NCBI GenBank assembly: GCA_040954595.2
Contig: CM082591.2
Coordinates: forward strand, 3,028,259-3,092,258
Length of the DNA stretch: 64,000 nt
Source of the DNA: Balanoglossus misakiensis
Taxonomy: Eukaryota; Animalia; Hemichordata
Direction of reading: 5' to 3'
In this document: positions 1 through 13,223 of the stretch, piece after piece
How positions within the stretch are numbered: the stretch's first letter is position 1
Layout of the letters: every line of letters starts with the position of its first letter
Made by a program: the position numbers and the translations under genes
Notes under the pieces: model-generated
What the model saw: only the letters and a program-made list of their open reading frames with translations
The model's database searches: none
What the model was told of the DNA's origin: nothing

Positions 1-1164
1 TGAAGCGAAAACCTACTTACCATCGCAGTCTGTTAAAACTGTATCGAACGACGAAACATAATCGGCGATGTTTTCGCGTGTTATCTCTTCGCAGGCAGCC
101 ATGATGGAGAGCGCCATTAACGCCCGTAATGTTTCTATAGTTTTGTTTTTATACTTTCAAACCAGCCAGCCTCTGTTGGTTGGGCTCCCGAAAACATTCA
201 ACCTACAATTATTGCGCCTGCGCCGTATACAATCTCACATGACTCCGAGGTCACCATTTTTCTAATCCTGAGGTCGCCATGCGCGTCACCTGGGATGACG
301 AATCACTCTCATGCATAATGGTGTGAATACGATTACTTTATTCAACGTTATTACTTGGGTGGGTGGAGGGACTCAATGATGCTGTTTTGTATTAAAATAT
401 TCAGGTCACTGGGGGCGTACATTACTCTTTGAAAACGCCAATCTCACGAAAAATTAAAGGTGTAAACCTCTGTGTCACGTGCCACAAAATGTGAGGCATT
501 TTAACTCCCAGAAAATTTGCATTCAGATAAAGCTGTCTTTACAGATCAAACACCCATGTGAAAACTGAAGTAAAATGTTATTGTTTTTGTGAGTAGTGTG
601 AGAGGACATCTTGTATTACCCGCATATTACATATGTAAAACTATGTAGCCGTCTTTTTTCCTGCTAAATATTAGTTGCCATAGGTAAGCCTAATATGCAA
701 ATCAAACAACTTAATCTTGAAAACCATTGCTGTAATGTTTCGTTACATGTAAAAAAAGAAATACACCCCAAAGAACCAGCAAACAAGATACGTCACGAAC
801 AAGTTCCTGTCATCAATTGATCTGGAAGAATTCAAATTTCCGTAACCATGGAAACCTTGTTATCAAATGACACAGTCAATACAATGTGATTCACATTAAT
901 GGTAAAAATTCCATGACTAAGTAGTACCAGGGTTTGCTGTCCGTTTATTTCCGTCGTCAAATGTCGTGACCCATTTAATTTAAATCAGAAATCAAATTCT
1001 ACCTGGTTAATGTAATAAGCTGAAAGCGTCGCTTTCTGCCAAACACCTAACTTAAAGTTAATTTCGCGATTTTGATGTTGGTAAGTTATAATACTCTGTG
1101 AAAAGTGAGATCAAGCGGTTATCCTATAGTCTTGTCCCATTTTATAGTTTCTGTCCTGTTAGTG

Positions 1165-2214
1165 TCAAGTTAACCCAAACTGTTTTTTAATATATTCCAT
1201 CCTCTTTCGGACAAAATAGTAGAATTCATACTCCAGGGCCAGTCGGTCTCTCATAATGGTTTTTGCCACTTCCGACGGTTCCTTCCGCGAGACAGATTTG
1301 AACGATTGGACGTCGCCCTTTTCCAAGACCGACTTGTACGCGTCCATCGCCCCGGCGAAGAACTGCGGGATGATGTTCTCGAAGACCAGGAGCGTGTTGT
1401 TGAAATCTTCCAAGACGCCGACGAAGACGTAATCGCGGACGACGTGCAGCATGGCAAGCTCCAGGGATTCACGGGAGGGGACTCGGCAGATCTCTTCCTG
1501 GCCGCAGAAATACGGGATGATGCGGAAGGTGTTGTTGGTGCTGCACTCTTCTCGCTCTTTAACCACGCACTCGTCGAACGTCTGGTTGACGTCCTTCGCG
1601 TTCATGGCCGCCCGCTGCGTGATCCCGTCGCCGAAGCGCGTGTAGTAGTAGAACGACACCGTTCTGTCCAGCGGGTCCCGGATCAGATTGATGCCCATCG
1701 GCTGATCGGAGCCGAATTTGGCAAAATCGACATAATCAACGTGACGGTTGTAGATGTAGGGAGGCTGCAGGACGTCCACCTCGGCTACGAATTCGGCCTG
1801 TTCCTGATCGTTGAGTCGCTTCTGGGTGAAAACGTCACTCTTTATGTGGGGGAAGTGGTTCTTCCTCGATATAATATCAATAGTGTGCACCATGCTTCTA
1901 CTGCCGCATTTTCCCACTCGGTTAAATATCAACTTAGTGATGTTACGTGTGTAGTTCAAGTTGAACGGCAGCCCGGTGTCCGGGCGAATTTCGTTGCCGT
2001 CGCCGACATTGTTAACATCGGGCATGAAGTTGCTCGATCGAGGGTCCACGGCTACATCAGCGAACCGTGAATTCGCGCTGAGATTGGTTGTGTAGAGATA
2101 AAAACAGAAAGCGGCTAGTGTTGCCACTGTCAGCATAAATTTGCTGGGAGAGATGAACAGACGTCGACACCTCATACTGGCTGAACTCATGAGTCTCTCG
2201 CTCTCATTTACCAT
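1165..2214 (-). CDS. Uronyl 2-O-sulfotransferase-like Golgi type II membrane enzyme (Sulfotransfer_2 family), copy 1; single coding exon, 349 aa
   Basis: Has an N-terminal TM anchor (MLTVATLAAFCFYLY), the 5'-PSB motif FNRVGKCGSRS (UST-type, not the HS2ST RVPKTAST form) and the 3'-PB motif NLIRDPLDRTVS. RFGD, TFDECV..EC, PYFCGQ and the C-terminal EYEFY are also present. A splice acceptor (ttttacag) lies near 2255, upstream of the ATG. Confidence 0.92.
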   Translation of the reverse strand: MVNESERLMSSASMRCRRLFISPSKFMLTVATLAAFCFYLYTTNLSANSRFADVAVDPRSSNFMPDVNNVGDGNEIRPDTGLPFNLNYTRNITKLIFNRVGKCGSRSMVHTIDIISRKNHFPHIKSDVFTQKRLNDQEQAEFVAEVDVLQPPYIYNRHVDYVDFAKFGSDQPMGINLIRDPLDRTVSFYYYTRFGDGITQRAAMNAKDVNQTFDECVVKEREECSTNNTFRIIPYFCGQEEICRVPSRESLELAMLHVVRDYVFVGVLEDFNNTLLVFENIIPQFFAGAMDAYKSVLEKGDVQSFKSVSRKEPSEVAKTIMRDRLALEYEFYYFVRKRMEYIKKQFGLT

Positions 2215-5089
2215 AATTCATATCAGAGAGATCTTCGTGGACTGTACACAGTCCCTGTAAAAGAAAGTAGAAAACAAAATGGCGTCAGGTGTATTGCTTG
2301 ACAACGAAAAGAAAGTAATTCGCCAATTCCAACACAGCATCCAAGATGGCCGCTGTACGACCGACACTTCCGTTTTAACAGAAACCAGAAAACCAATATG
2401 GCTGCCCCCATACCATGAAGGAATTCTGGGATGCATACACATGCAGACCCATAACTGTACTGATCCAGGACAAGCGAATATTAGCACAAATTGGACCTGA
2501 GAATGTAGATTTTTAAGGAAGAATCTCAATTGATCGCATCGGCATTTGAATGATTCCCAAATAATCTTACTCGATTATAAAATTTAAAAAAAAGGCTCAG
2601 TTTCAATATTAACTGGCAGAACTAAAGTAGCGGTGCAGTGAGCAACTATAGGATATGATTATATTAAATGGCCATGTAGTCGTACATTAGGATTAACGTT
2701 AAAATCAACGTCATCATTATATAGTACTATTTTACAATTTATATTTAGTGAGTACTTGTATTTTTCTCAGGTATCTGTTGTGAATATATAGAAATGCGAA
2801 TCTCAAATATAAACCACCTGACTAAGAGTCATTCTGGTACTTGAACAATTTGTAGGAAACAAAATCCGTTCAAATGTGCGAGGTGCTGTTTTCACTGATC
2901 TCTGTAATCACGTGATAATGTCTAGGTCACTGAAACAAGTACAAACTATTGGCATATTAAATTTAAGTCATTAGACTGTAAACGTTTGAGGTTCTGTGAA
3001 AAAATGTCATATTGTAAGGTGGAAACAGTATTCGAATTGGTTGACATTAATTTGAATCTATTTTACATGTGCGTAGTCATTGACGCAGTGGAAATAATGT
3101 CCAGCACATTTCCAAGTAGATCGTGATATAAATTATTATAAAATACCAAAATGAATTGAACTGGAGGAAACTGCACCCTCTCATGTACGTGGAAATGAAA
3201 TAGTCTTACCACAAAGCGCGTTCCTATTGAGAAAAATCCGATCTCTCTTTTCAAATTGTTGGCAGAAGATCCAAAATGGCGCCCACACAAACGTTTGGTT
3301 ATAGTGGTTGCTGATGTGTCATCTTTGTCATGATTTTTTTGTGTGTGCATCCGTTCTCATTTCAGATTCACATCTATCAAAGTAGATAAGTACAGTCCGT
3401 CGTCGAATGCGTGTTGTCACAGCTGTGTGCCGAATTAAACCGCAGCTCTCGGGGTCAGAGGTTGCAACGATATTTATATAATGAAAAAGTATTTGTCGTG
3501 TCACAGAGTGTGGACGACAGTTTGTGACATAGCAAAAAACGATATGCGCATGCCCAACCACCCCTCCCAGCTGACTTAGGGTTTGAACCTTTCCTGGAAG
3601 AAGAAATATTTCCAACGCCATACGTTTAAAACGTTGATATAATCGTCCTAAGGCTTTTTCAATAAATGCAGTTAATATCTAGGAAAAACCTTCATTCAAG
3701 AGCGGCTGGTAATGCACAGAATATTATTTTTACATTTTTGATAAATTCTTTATATAAACTATTTTCATATGTTTCTTCTTTAGCAAAATTAGTATGCAAA
3801 TCATCTTAAATTAGTATTCGGTTATCCTCTCATTGTCTTGGTCCGACCGACAATTGGAGAATTTGAAAACTGATTTGCATATTTGCATCATCAAAATGGA
3901 TAGGCTTTTGGAAAATTGTCCAGACGTAATTGGTCTCATATTACTTGTTAATAGGGTGACGTAGCGATATGTTTTAGGGGTGACAACAGCAATCAAGTTC
4001 ACTATATTTCACTCTTACCTGTGTGGCGGTAAATGTAATTCGCCATTTTCATCTTGAAAGGAATTTTCACAGCAGACGTGTCCGACGAACGTTCTAACAG
4101 TAAAGGGGCAGCACAAAGCCAGAGAAATAAAACATGCTCTGCATAAATTCAAAAGACATCAGCCGACGCTTATCGGCTCGAGTAGGATTCTTTATTCGCT
4201 TTGAGGGGGACAAATTCCGTAAAAAATCAACATTTGAACGATTGCTTAGCCAATTTACCCTCATCGAGGAATGGTATCGTCCAGACATGAAATCCAAATC
4301 TTTGTGCGCTGAGTGTTCACAAATCCGACGTCAGCTGGCGGTGGTCCACGTATGCAACTATAATTAACTCCATATCGCGCCCAAACTTATGTCGAGAACA
4401 TAAATTAATAAAAAAATTCTATATTTTTGCATCGAATAAATTATCGCAAGAGCTAAAATAACAAAACAAGAGCATACGAGGTCTGAAACAAGTCCAGAAA
4501 ACATTCTTCGTTTTATAACCTTCGAAATGAACATTTGCCTATACATGTGATATAACCCGGATGTTATGACGTCAAAAGTGATTTATCCAATCCGATTAGT
4601 GTCGCAGATGTGTGACGTCACTGGCATTGATACAAAACAATTGACAGACATTAATGTCACCGAATAAACCGCCTTTGATGCAAGTAAGCTTATACTCAGT
4701 TTGTCAAACTGGATATCAGCATTGGATTCTCAGTCACGATCTGAAACATGAATTTGTGTATTGGGTTTCATGTGACTTCAGCACTTTTTGGATATATAAA
4801 TGTATGTTGACATACAAGTACAATTTGCAATGTAATCCAACATGGCCGGTTGTCAGCCATTTTGTTTTCGCATTTGTCTGAGATATACCACACATATCCA
4901 CAAGACCACGGTACCTTCAAAAGAACAACAAACTCGAATATATATAGAAACAATAGTGCTCTCTTTATTTATTCACTCAATTATTTTTACATTTAACCAT
5001 ACAGCAATTACGAAAGAAAGCTTCCATTACACAGAAACATAACACGTTGTAGAGATTATACCGCATATCGTTTCTCCAGCTACCCGTAC

Positions 5090-5091
<2 letters not shown>

Positions 5092-5125
<34 letters not shown>

Positions 5126-5128
5126 CAT

Positions 5129-5162
<34 letters not shown>
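5092..5162. repeat. (TACA)n/(CA)n compound microsatellite
   Basis: A tacatacat... run followed by cacaca is directly visible. Confidence 0.95.
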
Positions 5163-5304
5163 CTGATTTCCCCTTTAAAACAATGCAGTGCATTTGGCAA
5201 TACATTATTGTAGTAGTACATTATCTTTGTAACTGTAAAATTTCCTCTTTGGTTACATGTGTAAGATTACTATTAGTGTTATAAGTCCCTGGGGTATTTG
5301 TAGA

Positions 5305-6351
5305 CTACAACTGAAGCCATTGTGACGGCATGAGTCCAAACTGTCTTTTCATGGTGTTCAATCGTTTCTTAATGAAGTTGTAAAGTACATAGTCCGCGGC
5401 TAGTCTCTCTCGCATGATTTCTTTCGCCATCTCAGATGGTTCTTCTTTATACGCCGACCTGAATGACCGCACGTGACCCCTGTCTTGGGTCAACTTGTAG
5501 GCGTCGCTTGCCCCACTAAAGAACTGTGGCATTATATATTCCAAGAGATAAAGAGACGAATCGAAATCCTCTAATGTCCCTACGAAGACATAGTTTTCGA
5601 TGATGTTTTTTATCGCTGTCTCCAGGGCCCATCTGCTCGGAGTCCTGCACTCCTCGTCCTGCCCACAGAAGTAAGGCACCATCCGATTGGTCGCCTCGGG
5701 GCTGCACTCCTTCATGCCGCTCACCACGCACTCTTCGAAGGTGTCGTTGGACGAGCCCGGCGCAAGGTCTGTTCTGTCGAGCATGTCGCCGTAGCGCTTG
5801 TAGTAGTAGAATGATATCACGCGTTCCAGTGGGTCGCGGACGAGGTTGATGAACATGGGTTGCTTGTGATGAAAGCGAGTGAAATCCACGAAATGCACGT
5901 GTCGGTTATAGATGTACGGGAGGGGCTGCGCTTCTATCTCCTCGATAAAACGCACCTGCTCCTCTTCGGTGAGATGTTTATTGTCGAAGTCTGCGCTTTT
6001 TATGTGGTTAAAGTTATTCCAGCGAGCTAGGATATCAGTGACGTACTGCAAACTCCGACTGCCGCATTTCCCAACACGGTTGTAGATTAATCTCGTGATG
6101 TTGTAGGTTTGGTTGAGATTGACCGGCAATCCGGTGTCGTACCGGAGGCTTGAGCCGGACCGCCGGTGGCGCATCTCGTCCGCCGTCGCTCCTGCCTCCT
6201 CGTTCCTGTTGAAACTGCCGGCGCTGAGGTTCCACGTGTTCCCCATGTACTGTGACTCTTTGCTGGCGAGTAACACCAGTCCCGCGGCCGCCGCCAGGGT
6301 CAGGCAAGCGACCCACTTTCTGGGCGAGGAAAACATCCTGGCCAGACCCAT
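5305..6351 (-). CDS. Uronyl 2-O-sulfotransferase-like, copy 2; single coding exon, 348 aa
   Basis: Has the TM anchor WVACLTLAAAAGLVLLA and the motifs YNRVGKCGSRS, YNRHVHF, NLVRDPLERVIS, RYGD and PYFCGQ. An acceptor (tctctgtcctcag) lies near 6375, and a candidate upstream donor (gtaagt) near 7300. Confidence 0.92.
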   Translation of the reverse strand: MGLARMFSSPRKWVACLTLAAAAGLVLLASKESQYMGNTWNLSAGSFNRNEEAGATADEMRHRRSGSSLRYDTGLPVNLNQTYNITRLIYNRVGKCGSRSLQYVTDILARWNNFNHIKSADFDNKHLTEEEQVRFIEEIEAQPLPYIYNRHVHFVDFTRFHHKQPMFINLVRDPLERVISFYYYKRYGDMLDRTDLAPGSSNDTFEECVVSGMKECSPEATNRMVPYFCGQDEECRTPSRWALETAIKNIIENYVFVGTLEDFDSSLYLLEYIMPQFFSGASDAYKLTQDRGHVRSFRSAYKEEPSEMAKEIMRERLAADYVLYNFIKKRLNTMKRQFGLMPSQWLQL

Positions 6352-9300
6352 CTTGATCTAATCCCAGCAGTTCCTGAGGACAGAGATGAAAAAAACATAA
6401 ACAACAGGAACCTTTCACGGTATTCTGAATTCAAGACAATAGTCAGACCTCTGACACAAATGTCATGCCGTTATAACCCCCAAAAGTTTCACCCAAGAAC
6501 TCATTTACATAATCATGGACTTAGCGCGTGTTCTGGAGTCAAGTGTTACACATCACCATGTGCGTTTTATGTTACTTTAATAATGACCAATATCCCACAT
6601 AGCTTTATTTATTTCAATGCCCGGATGCAACAGCTTGTCGTCAGCTGTAGACAAAGTGTAATCTGCTTATTTCTGTGTGGTTTTCGCAAATGCGAATGAA
6701 TGACTGTTTCATTCAGCGGCAACAATGTAGTGTCTTATGCAAAGCAAACATCTAACGCTTTACGTACGCAGGTCCATTTTTCATGACCAACATCAAGAAC
6801 GCGTATAATAGAAATGACAAGAACATAAATATAGCGTTGAAAATGTACTCCAGTATCATGCCAGCTGATCCCTTAAATCTTTGCTTTCGTCATTATTGCG
6901 TCAGCTGTTAGAATAACTAAGTGTTAAAACATTAAAGAAACGTATTTATGCGTTAACTGTTATTTTACCAATAATGTTTCACATTGGGTTCCGGATGGGT
7001 TGTTTACCTAGACATTGAAAAACAATATTTGCCATCGAAAAAAATGACTAGCATTCAACAATTTTACTGAACGGATCTAATGAATGGGAAGGAAAATCAG
7101 TACTCTGAATATAAGCGCTAGTCGTGTCATCAAATACGGATTATGGCGGTCGTTTGTTCGCGGGCTGATGCTAAGGGCGCTCACATTTGTGTACATGTTT
7201 TGGCCGCGATAACGCACTTAATTTGTCATTCACGGACAGACGATCCTTGTGCTGATTTTTTTTTCTTCACTTTTTTGACTAGAGGACAGAAGAATCCACT
7301 TACCAGCTATCTGTTTTGGTGTGCCTGTTTACCGTGCCACTGTACACTCGCAAATCCTTTCAATGAATCACCGAACAGCCATGTAACATAGAGCAGTCAT
7401 TTGTTGCACGGTCATAGTGTATGCGCATTTTTTATGCAAATGAGATGCATTACAGCTGCGCAGATAGGCATTATATTAGATTTGTCACACTTCGCGAAGT
7501 AGCAAAAAAAATCGCGACAATTATTCATGAAATGACCACTGATGGCGCTCTTGCGATTAGTGACGAGCTTTCCATAAACATTATAGCGCCGTCTATCAGA
7601 TTCTGTCGTAAAATATGTGATTGTGATGTTGCGAAGTACGCCATCTTCAGGCCAATTGTACACTTTGAACTGATGCCATATATGATCATATTGCTATCTG
7701 ACAAATATTTGAATAGCTGGATCAGGACATAAAAGCGGTGTAGGTTTTTCTAGTAAAACATAACGCTACTGTTCAATACTTCAAAGTACAGAAAACATAG
7801 ATGCCACATATACAGATTTCATTCATATGCACCAGCATTATTTAAATGGCAGTATGCAGTTTTCATAAACAACTGTTTTCACTCCTTCCAACAAACGAGG
7901 CACTTAATCTTTGCAACAGATGGTGCCGAATGTAATTTACATTAAGCGTTGTCGACACGGTCGCTGGATTATGGTTCACGCGTCGTTCGCATGCTGGTAC
8001 GTGTGATGTAATTCGATTTTGGCTGGACTCCCTGGGGTCGACCCGAAGTACAATACGCAATAAATAGGATTGTAGTGTACATTTTAAATAGCAGTGCCAT
8101 AATCTGACTGAACAGAACCTACAATACAGAACTAAAATCATTCCAAAAGCCAAACACTACTGAAATTGCCACATAACTCTATGAAAATGGAAGCGAAATT
8201 CTTGACAAGTGTAACGTTCAAAATCACATTTATCAAAGGCTAGATTGACTTGTTATTGACTGAGACAGTCGTTTGAGAGTTTGATTACTTTGCACTGTAA
8301 CATTGATGTGTGTTATCACATGGGTTAGAACAATCTTGATGTTTATCTAAAAAGATCAACGTGAAACAATTTCAACATGTGCGGCTGTCTTCCGGATTTC
8401 TTTGATATTATTAAAACCATACTTTGTCCTATACAAGTATTTGAAATAATATGATAAACACGTTAGAGGTCTCTGACCTTACCAAGTGAAATCGATTGGA
8501 GAATCTGTGGGAAATCTAGATACCAAAGGTAAACACACCATGTGTTATGACATAAGTGCACTCTATACCAGAACACCAATCCCGTAACAATGATTTAAGT
8601 ATGATGTTGTAACTCATGCAGATTTGTGGCGACAGACGGGAACTGTAATGGTGAATTCAAATCCCACTTTTCAATATTTGTATTCGTATTGACTTGGGGT
8701 TATAGAACTGTTAATTCATCGCCATTCGCCAAATAATATCAATATATTAAGCTATGTCTGAGTGGGTGCTGTTTTTCGCTATATTTCATGAAAGATTGTC
8801 ATTGAAGGCGAACCACTGTGTTGCACATGCGCATGATATATTGCGTCAGCTGGCTAAAGAATACAATTAATAGATTTAAAATTGTTTTTGATTTCGCCAT
8901 AAAGTCCTCCATGCATGCCTTCCTATCTGCAAAGGCCTACATACTGGTCTGTCTGGCTAGCTGTCTGTCTGTCTGTCTGTCTGTGGACACCTTTGTAAAT
9001 TATACATGACCTACTGTAATATGGTGTTGAATGATAATATCTGTCACAAATGAGTACTGACAAAATGGCCGAGTGGCACGATAATACATATAAACAGAAA
9101 GACATTCTGATTGACTGAACGGGTGACTGACTGGCTAATCGGAAGTCGGTGCGGAATGGCCATCACAAGCATAATCTGCACCGACAAAGTGATCGACCAC
9201 CAGTGCAATGTAATCGCTCGCTTGAAGCACCGTTCATCGCGTGCAAATGTGGCAACCTGTCGACTGCGACAATGCAGATGGCGCCAACACCAACCATATA

Positions 9301-10485
9301 AAGCCTTGACAATTGTATTTATACTCCATCATTCGATGATCTAGCTGGTAAATGCGCTGTCATGGGTCAGGGTCAGGATATATTGTTTGTTGTGGTAATG
9401 TTACAAGAAACGTGGGTAAAGACCAGGTAATATTACATGACATGTGAATGAAAACAAGGACATGTTGTGAGTGAAGGAATGGCCATGGGTTATTTTCTTA
9501 AATATTTTTCATAAAACTCCACTTGTTGGCACCCTGTTAAAAATTAAAAAAATATTGCAACAGTGTTTTCTATGGAAACATCATGGCCATGCACTATCTG
9601 AGTATAGTCTCCTACCTTATGAGACTAGACTAAACCATGTAAGAGTAAAGGCACACACAGATTGTGTTTTATTAAATGTTTTTATTACAAATTTAATGCC
9701 CGGGACTTTTCAGAAGGATTCCAGTCCACCATGTGTATGTGTCATGTGAAATTGTTTAGCTCTCGTGACTAAAAGCGATTCATGCATCCAGTATCTGAAC
9801 AAATGACAACTCATCTATAATGGCCAGATTACGCCACAGTGTACACACAACACAACACTACAAAAAGAGAAAATAACGTCAAGTAAACATAACATAATGC
9901 CGAATAAAACTCGAAAAGGAATTTTAATAAATACAAGAGCAGCTTAAGATTTTAGAAATAATAAGTTCCAAATAACGATGATAAAAATTAAACAAAGGTT
10001 CATTATGTTTACCGAAGGGTCGATCGCCATGCTTGGCAGCCATTTTGAAATCGTGTGTGATTTTTCCTCATCCCTAGTTTGTGCTCTCTGTGTGTTTTTT
10101 TTCTGTTTAAAGAAAACCAAGTTAATAGAAGCAACTCTTTGTAAACGCTGGATGCAACGAAAACTTATAAGTTCCCCTAAACGTAAAAACTTTGAATACA
10201 ACTGTAGTTGAAGTGTACATGTACTTGCATGCATGCATGCATATATGTATGTATGCTATCTCATGATCTATCTCTCTCATGAATCGCCTCTCCTGGTGAA
10301 GAATATACAATGGCTTGCTTTGCATTTTTTATCGGCTCGCGTGGAGTTGCAAGACATACAGTTCAATCCAAGACCAAGAATGTAGGCAGCATGAAATCGC
10401 ATTCCTGGTTGCAGTAACCTAGCTGAGAAATCCCCCTGTGACAGAAGCTAGCTGTACAATATTTACATCATTATTCATTCCATTT

Positions 10486-11535
10486 TCATTTTGTGAGCAG
10501 TCCTTCGCTTATTAGTTGCTGCCGAATGAGCTCCATCCGTCGCCTGATGAAAAAGTAGAACTCGTATTCAATGCTCAATCTATCTCGCATGATTTTCTTC
10601 ACTTGGTCAGACGGTTCCTTCCTCTGCACCGACTTGTAAGACTCCACCAGGCCCTTCTCCAGGGTCGCTTGATATGCTTCCGGGGCGCCCTCGAAGAAGT
10701 GCGGAAGTAGCTGCTCTAGAATGTATAAGGTCGAGTTGAACTCTTCCAAGGCACCGACGAATATGAAGTGATCTATGACGTTCTGTTTGGCAGTTTCCAG
10801 CGCCCATCTTGTCGGTACGTCACATCCGGGATTCTGGCCGCAGAAATATGGTATGATAGCGAAAATGTTCGTTATGTTACACTCAGGGCGGTTCTCGAGG
10901 ACACAGTCGTCGAAAGTCAAGTTGATGTCCCGGCCACTGGCGTCACTGCGCGTCAGCACTCCGTCGCCGAATCGCGAATAATAGAAGAATGATATCGTGC
11001 GGTTCAACGGGTCGCGGATGAGGTTTATCCAATATGGCGTCTCCACACCGAACCGATCAAAATCCACGAAATTCAAGTGGCGGTTGTAGATGAACGGCGG
11101 ATCGTAGGAATCAACTTCGAAGGCGAATTCTGCCTGCTCGTGTTCCTGCAACCGCTTTTTGTCAAAAATTTTGCTCTTCACGTGCGGGAACTTGTGTTTC
11201 TTGGACAGGAGATCAATGGTGTGAACCAGACTGCGGCTGCCACATTTGCCTACCCTGTTGAACACAAGCCTAGATGTGTTCCGTATGGTGGCTATGTCCA
11301 ACGGCAGTCCTTTACCCGCGTCCAGCAATGTCTGACGTAGGTTTCTCTCCTGGTCTGTCTTAGTTTCTGGCGCGAATGCAGCCGGTTGCGGTTGTTGTAT
11401 TTCACTGGCCGACCTAGATTCTACCGGACTCACAACAATATCAAACGATCGCGACAGGTACGTGATCAGCAGTATGGCCATGGTAACAGTCAGGATGACT
11501 TTTGGCACGATGTTAATGTTCCTTGCTCTTGGCAT
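10486..11535 (-). CDS. Uronyl 2-O-sulfotransferase-like, copy 3; single coding exon, 349 aa
   Basis: Has the TM anchor VILTVTMAILLITYL and the motifs FNRVGKCGSRS, NLIRDPLNRTIS, RFGD, PYFCGQ and EYEFY. An acceptor (ttttattgctacag) lies near 11608. Confidence 0.92.
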   Translation of the reverse strand: MPRARNINIVPKVILTVTMAILLITYLSRSFDIVVSPVESRSASEIQQPQPAAFAPETKTDQERNLRQTLLDAGKGLPLDIATIRNTSRLVFNRVGKCGSRSLVHTIDLLSKKHKFPHVKSKIFDKKRLQEHEQAEFAFEVDSYDPPFIYNRHLNFVDFDRFGVETPYWINLIRDPLNRTISFFYYSRFGDGVLTRSDASGRDINLTFDDCVLENRPECNITNIFAIIPYFCGQNPGCDVPTRWALETAKQNVIDHFIFVGALEEFNSTLYILEQLLPHFFEGAPEAYQATLEKGLVESYKSVQRKEPSDQVKKIMRDRLSIEYEFYFFIRRRMELIRQQLISEGLLTK

Positions 11536-11673
11536 TGTGGTGACTTTTCAGGGAGATATGATAATTTACTTCAACAGCGTTGCCAACCGGTGTGCAGTGA
11601 CAGACCCTGTAGCAATAAAAGAAAGTTCCATCTTTATGTTCACATAAATAATTGCTACATAAGGATCTTTTTA

Positions 11674-11765
11674 TAGTCTTCGCGGGAAACTAGTCTTGGC
11701 GGCAAAGTATAGTCTTGGCGGGAAAGTATGGTCTTGGTGGAATGGCATGGTTTGGGCGGGAAGGC
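11674..11765. repeat. Degenerate ~20-bp tandem repeat (tagtcttggcgggaaagta-like, about 4 copies)
   Basis: Visible units: tagtcttcgcgggaaac, tagtcttggcggcaaagta, tagtcttggcgggaaagta, tggtcttggtgg. Confidence 0.6.
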
Positions 11766-13147
11766 ATAGTTGGCAAAGTGAGAATTGGTGTCTGGGTATA
11801 CAAAATGGCGACCGACCTCGGACAGATGGTTGCATCATTTTGGGGTTGGTAACAGCATGGAGGTATAGGCCTAAGCGCTATTAGTTATTTGAAGGCACCA
11901 AATAATACATTGGTCTGTAACCCTAAGCAAATTAACTCCACTCCAGTTCCAGGTTATAACAACTGTCTTTGTCTAAGGCCTAATATAAGCTTCGAGGTGT
12001 TTGATCGGATTTCGGATTACGGCCTGGTGTTTGCCATTCATTTCTGTATTCGCTTATGAATGTAGATACAACAGATGTGAATATATATTAATTTTCGTCA
12101 GATATTGTGGGTAATATTGTCCTGCTTTTGAATATAGTTTCCCCGGAATCATACGATTATTAAAAAGAGCCGGCCCCAAACTATGCTGCCCGTATCATCG
12201 CATTTCCGTAATGTAATTAGCAGAAAATCAGAGAGATACATACATCTGAATAAAACCATTTCATACGCGTTTAAAATCAGACAATGACCCCAAAATGAAA
12301 ATTACAAAATGACGTGGTTGCCAGTACTAAATAGCTTCCCTGATTTTTAACGGCAGCTGCTGCTGCAGTGGAAATCCTACCAAAACAATACTAGTCCGCG
12401 TATTGCGCGTAAATACCCATTTCAAATACATGTGCATGTATTTTTTTTATTCACAACTGTCAATCATGCAGATTTATTAAAAGGGCAATGCATATTTCTG
12501 TTAGGTCCGTTTTGTACGGTCAACACCTGTGCCAGATAATTCCCCTGTTCATGATCAACAACCGTCAGTCTAGTGGCCTTTTCCCACATTAAATAATATT
12601 TTAACTTATTTCTTTTGAATTGAAGCGTTTTTTTTTCTAACTGGTGTGCTCAAGCTCGTTCAGACCGTTATCCACTTAGATTAGTTCACAGTCCCTCAAT
12701 CATTTCCCGATCATGGTTAGCTAGATGCTGTCTGGATTGCATACAACATTTTTATTTCTCTAAAATTGCCTCGCAAACTTGACTTCTGGGCCTTCAGCCT
12801 TGGCACATGTTGGTTCAATAGTTGCATACATATACGTTATTATCCATGGCCTAATGGCCTTTGTGAGAAACAAATGGCTATAAGCCTTGCCAATCCCCAG
12901 GAAGCAGCATTCCCATAAACCAGTTTACAGGCGTTTGCAAAGGACAGAGCTTGTATTAATGATGCATCAAATGTTGCCACCAAAATTTAACTTTCTAGGT
13001 AGCGGTAATAGATGACACATATGCATGGATGTGCTCTTTGGTCTGTAGACAGATGTAGTACATGTACAACATGTATAACTTAACTGTAGATTAGACTTCC
13101 TAACGTGGTACTCAACGATGGGTTTACATGTCTTATTTTGGTCTTGT

Positions 13148-13223
13148 GTTTTTTTTTGGTATTAATCCACTACCATGAACCGTGAGTTTTTTTTTTGTAT
13201 TAATCCACTACCATGAACCGTGA
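13148..13223. repeat. 38-bp tandem duplication
   Basis: g(t)n gtattaatccactaccatgaaccgtga occurs twice, head to tail. Confidence 0.9.

Noticed and set aside
1-900. Repeat-like DNA at the window start, with possible TTAA-type MITE ends near 410-480
   Set aside because: The ends could not be paired within the window, so no boundaries can be supported.
1306-2070. Long antisense ORFs over the sulfotransferase, ankyrin and PTCHD genes (e.g. 254 aa here, 217 aa at 14922-15575)
   Set aside because: They are shadow frames from GC-rich codon usage with no recognisable motifs.
2276-2410. Three YY1-like (A/C)AA(A/G/T)ATGGC motifs upstream of sulfotransferase copy 1
   Set aside because: Similar motifs are scattered throughout the window, with no evidence of specific function here.
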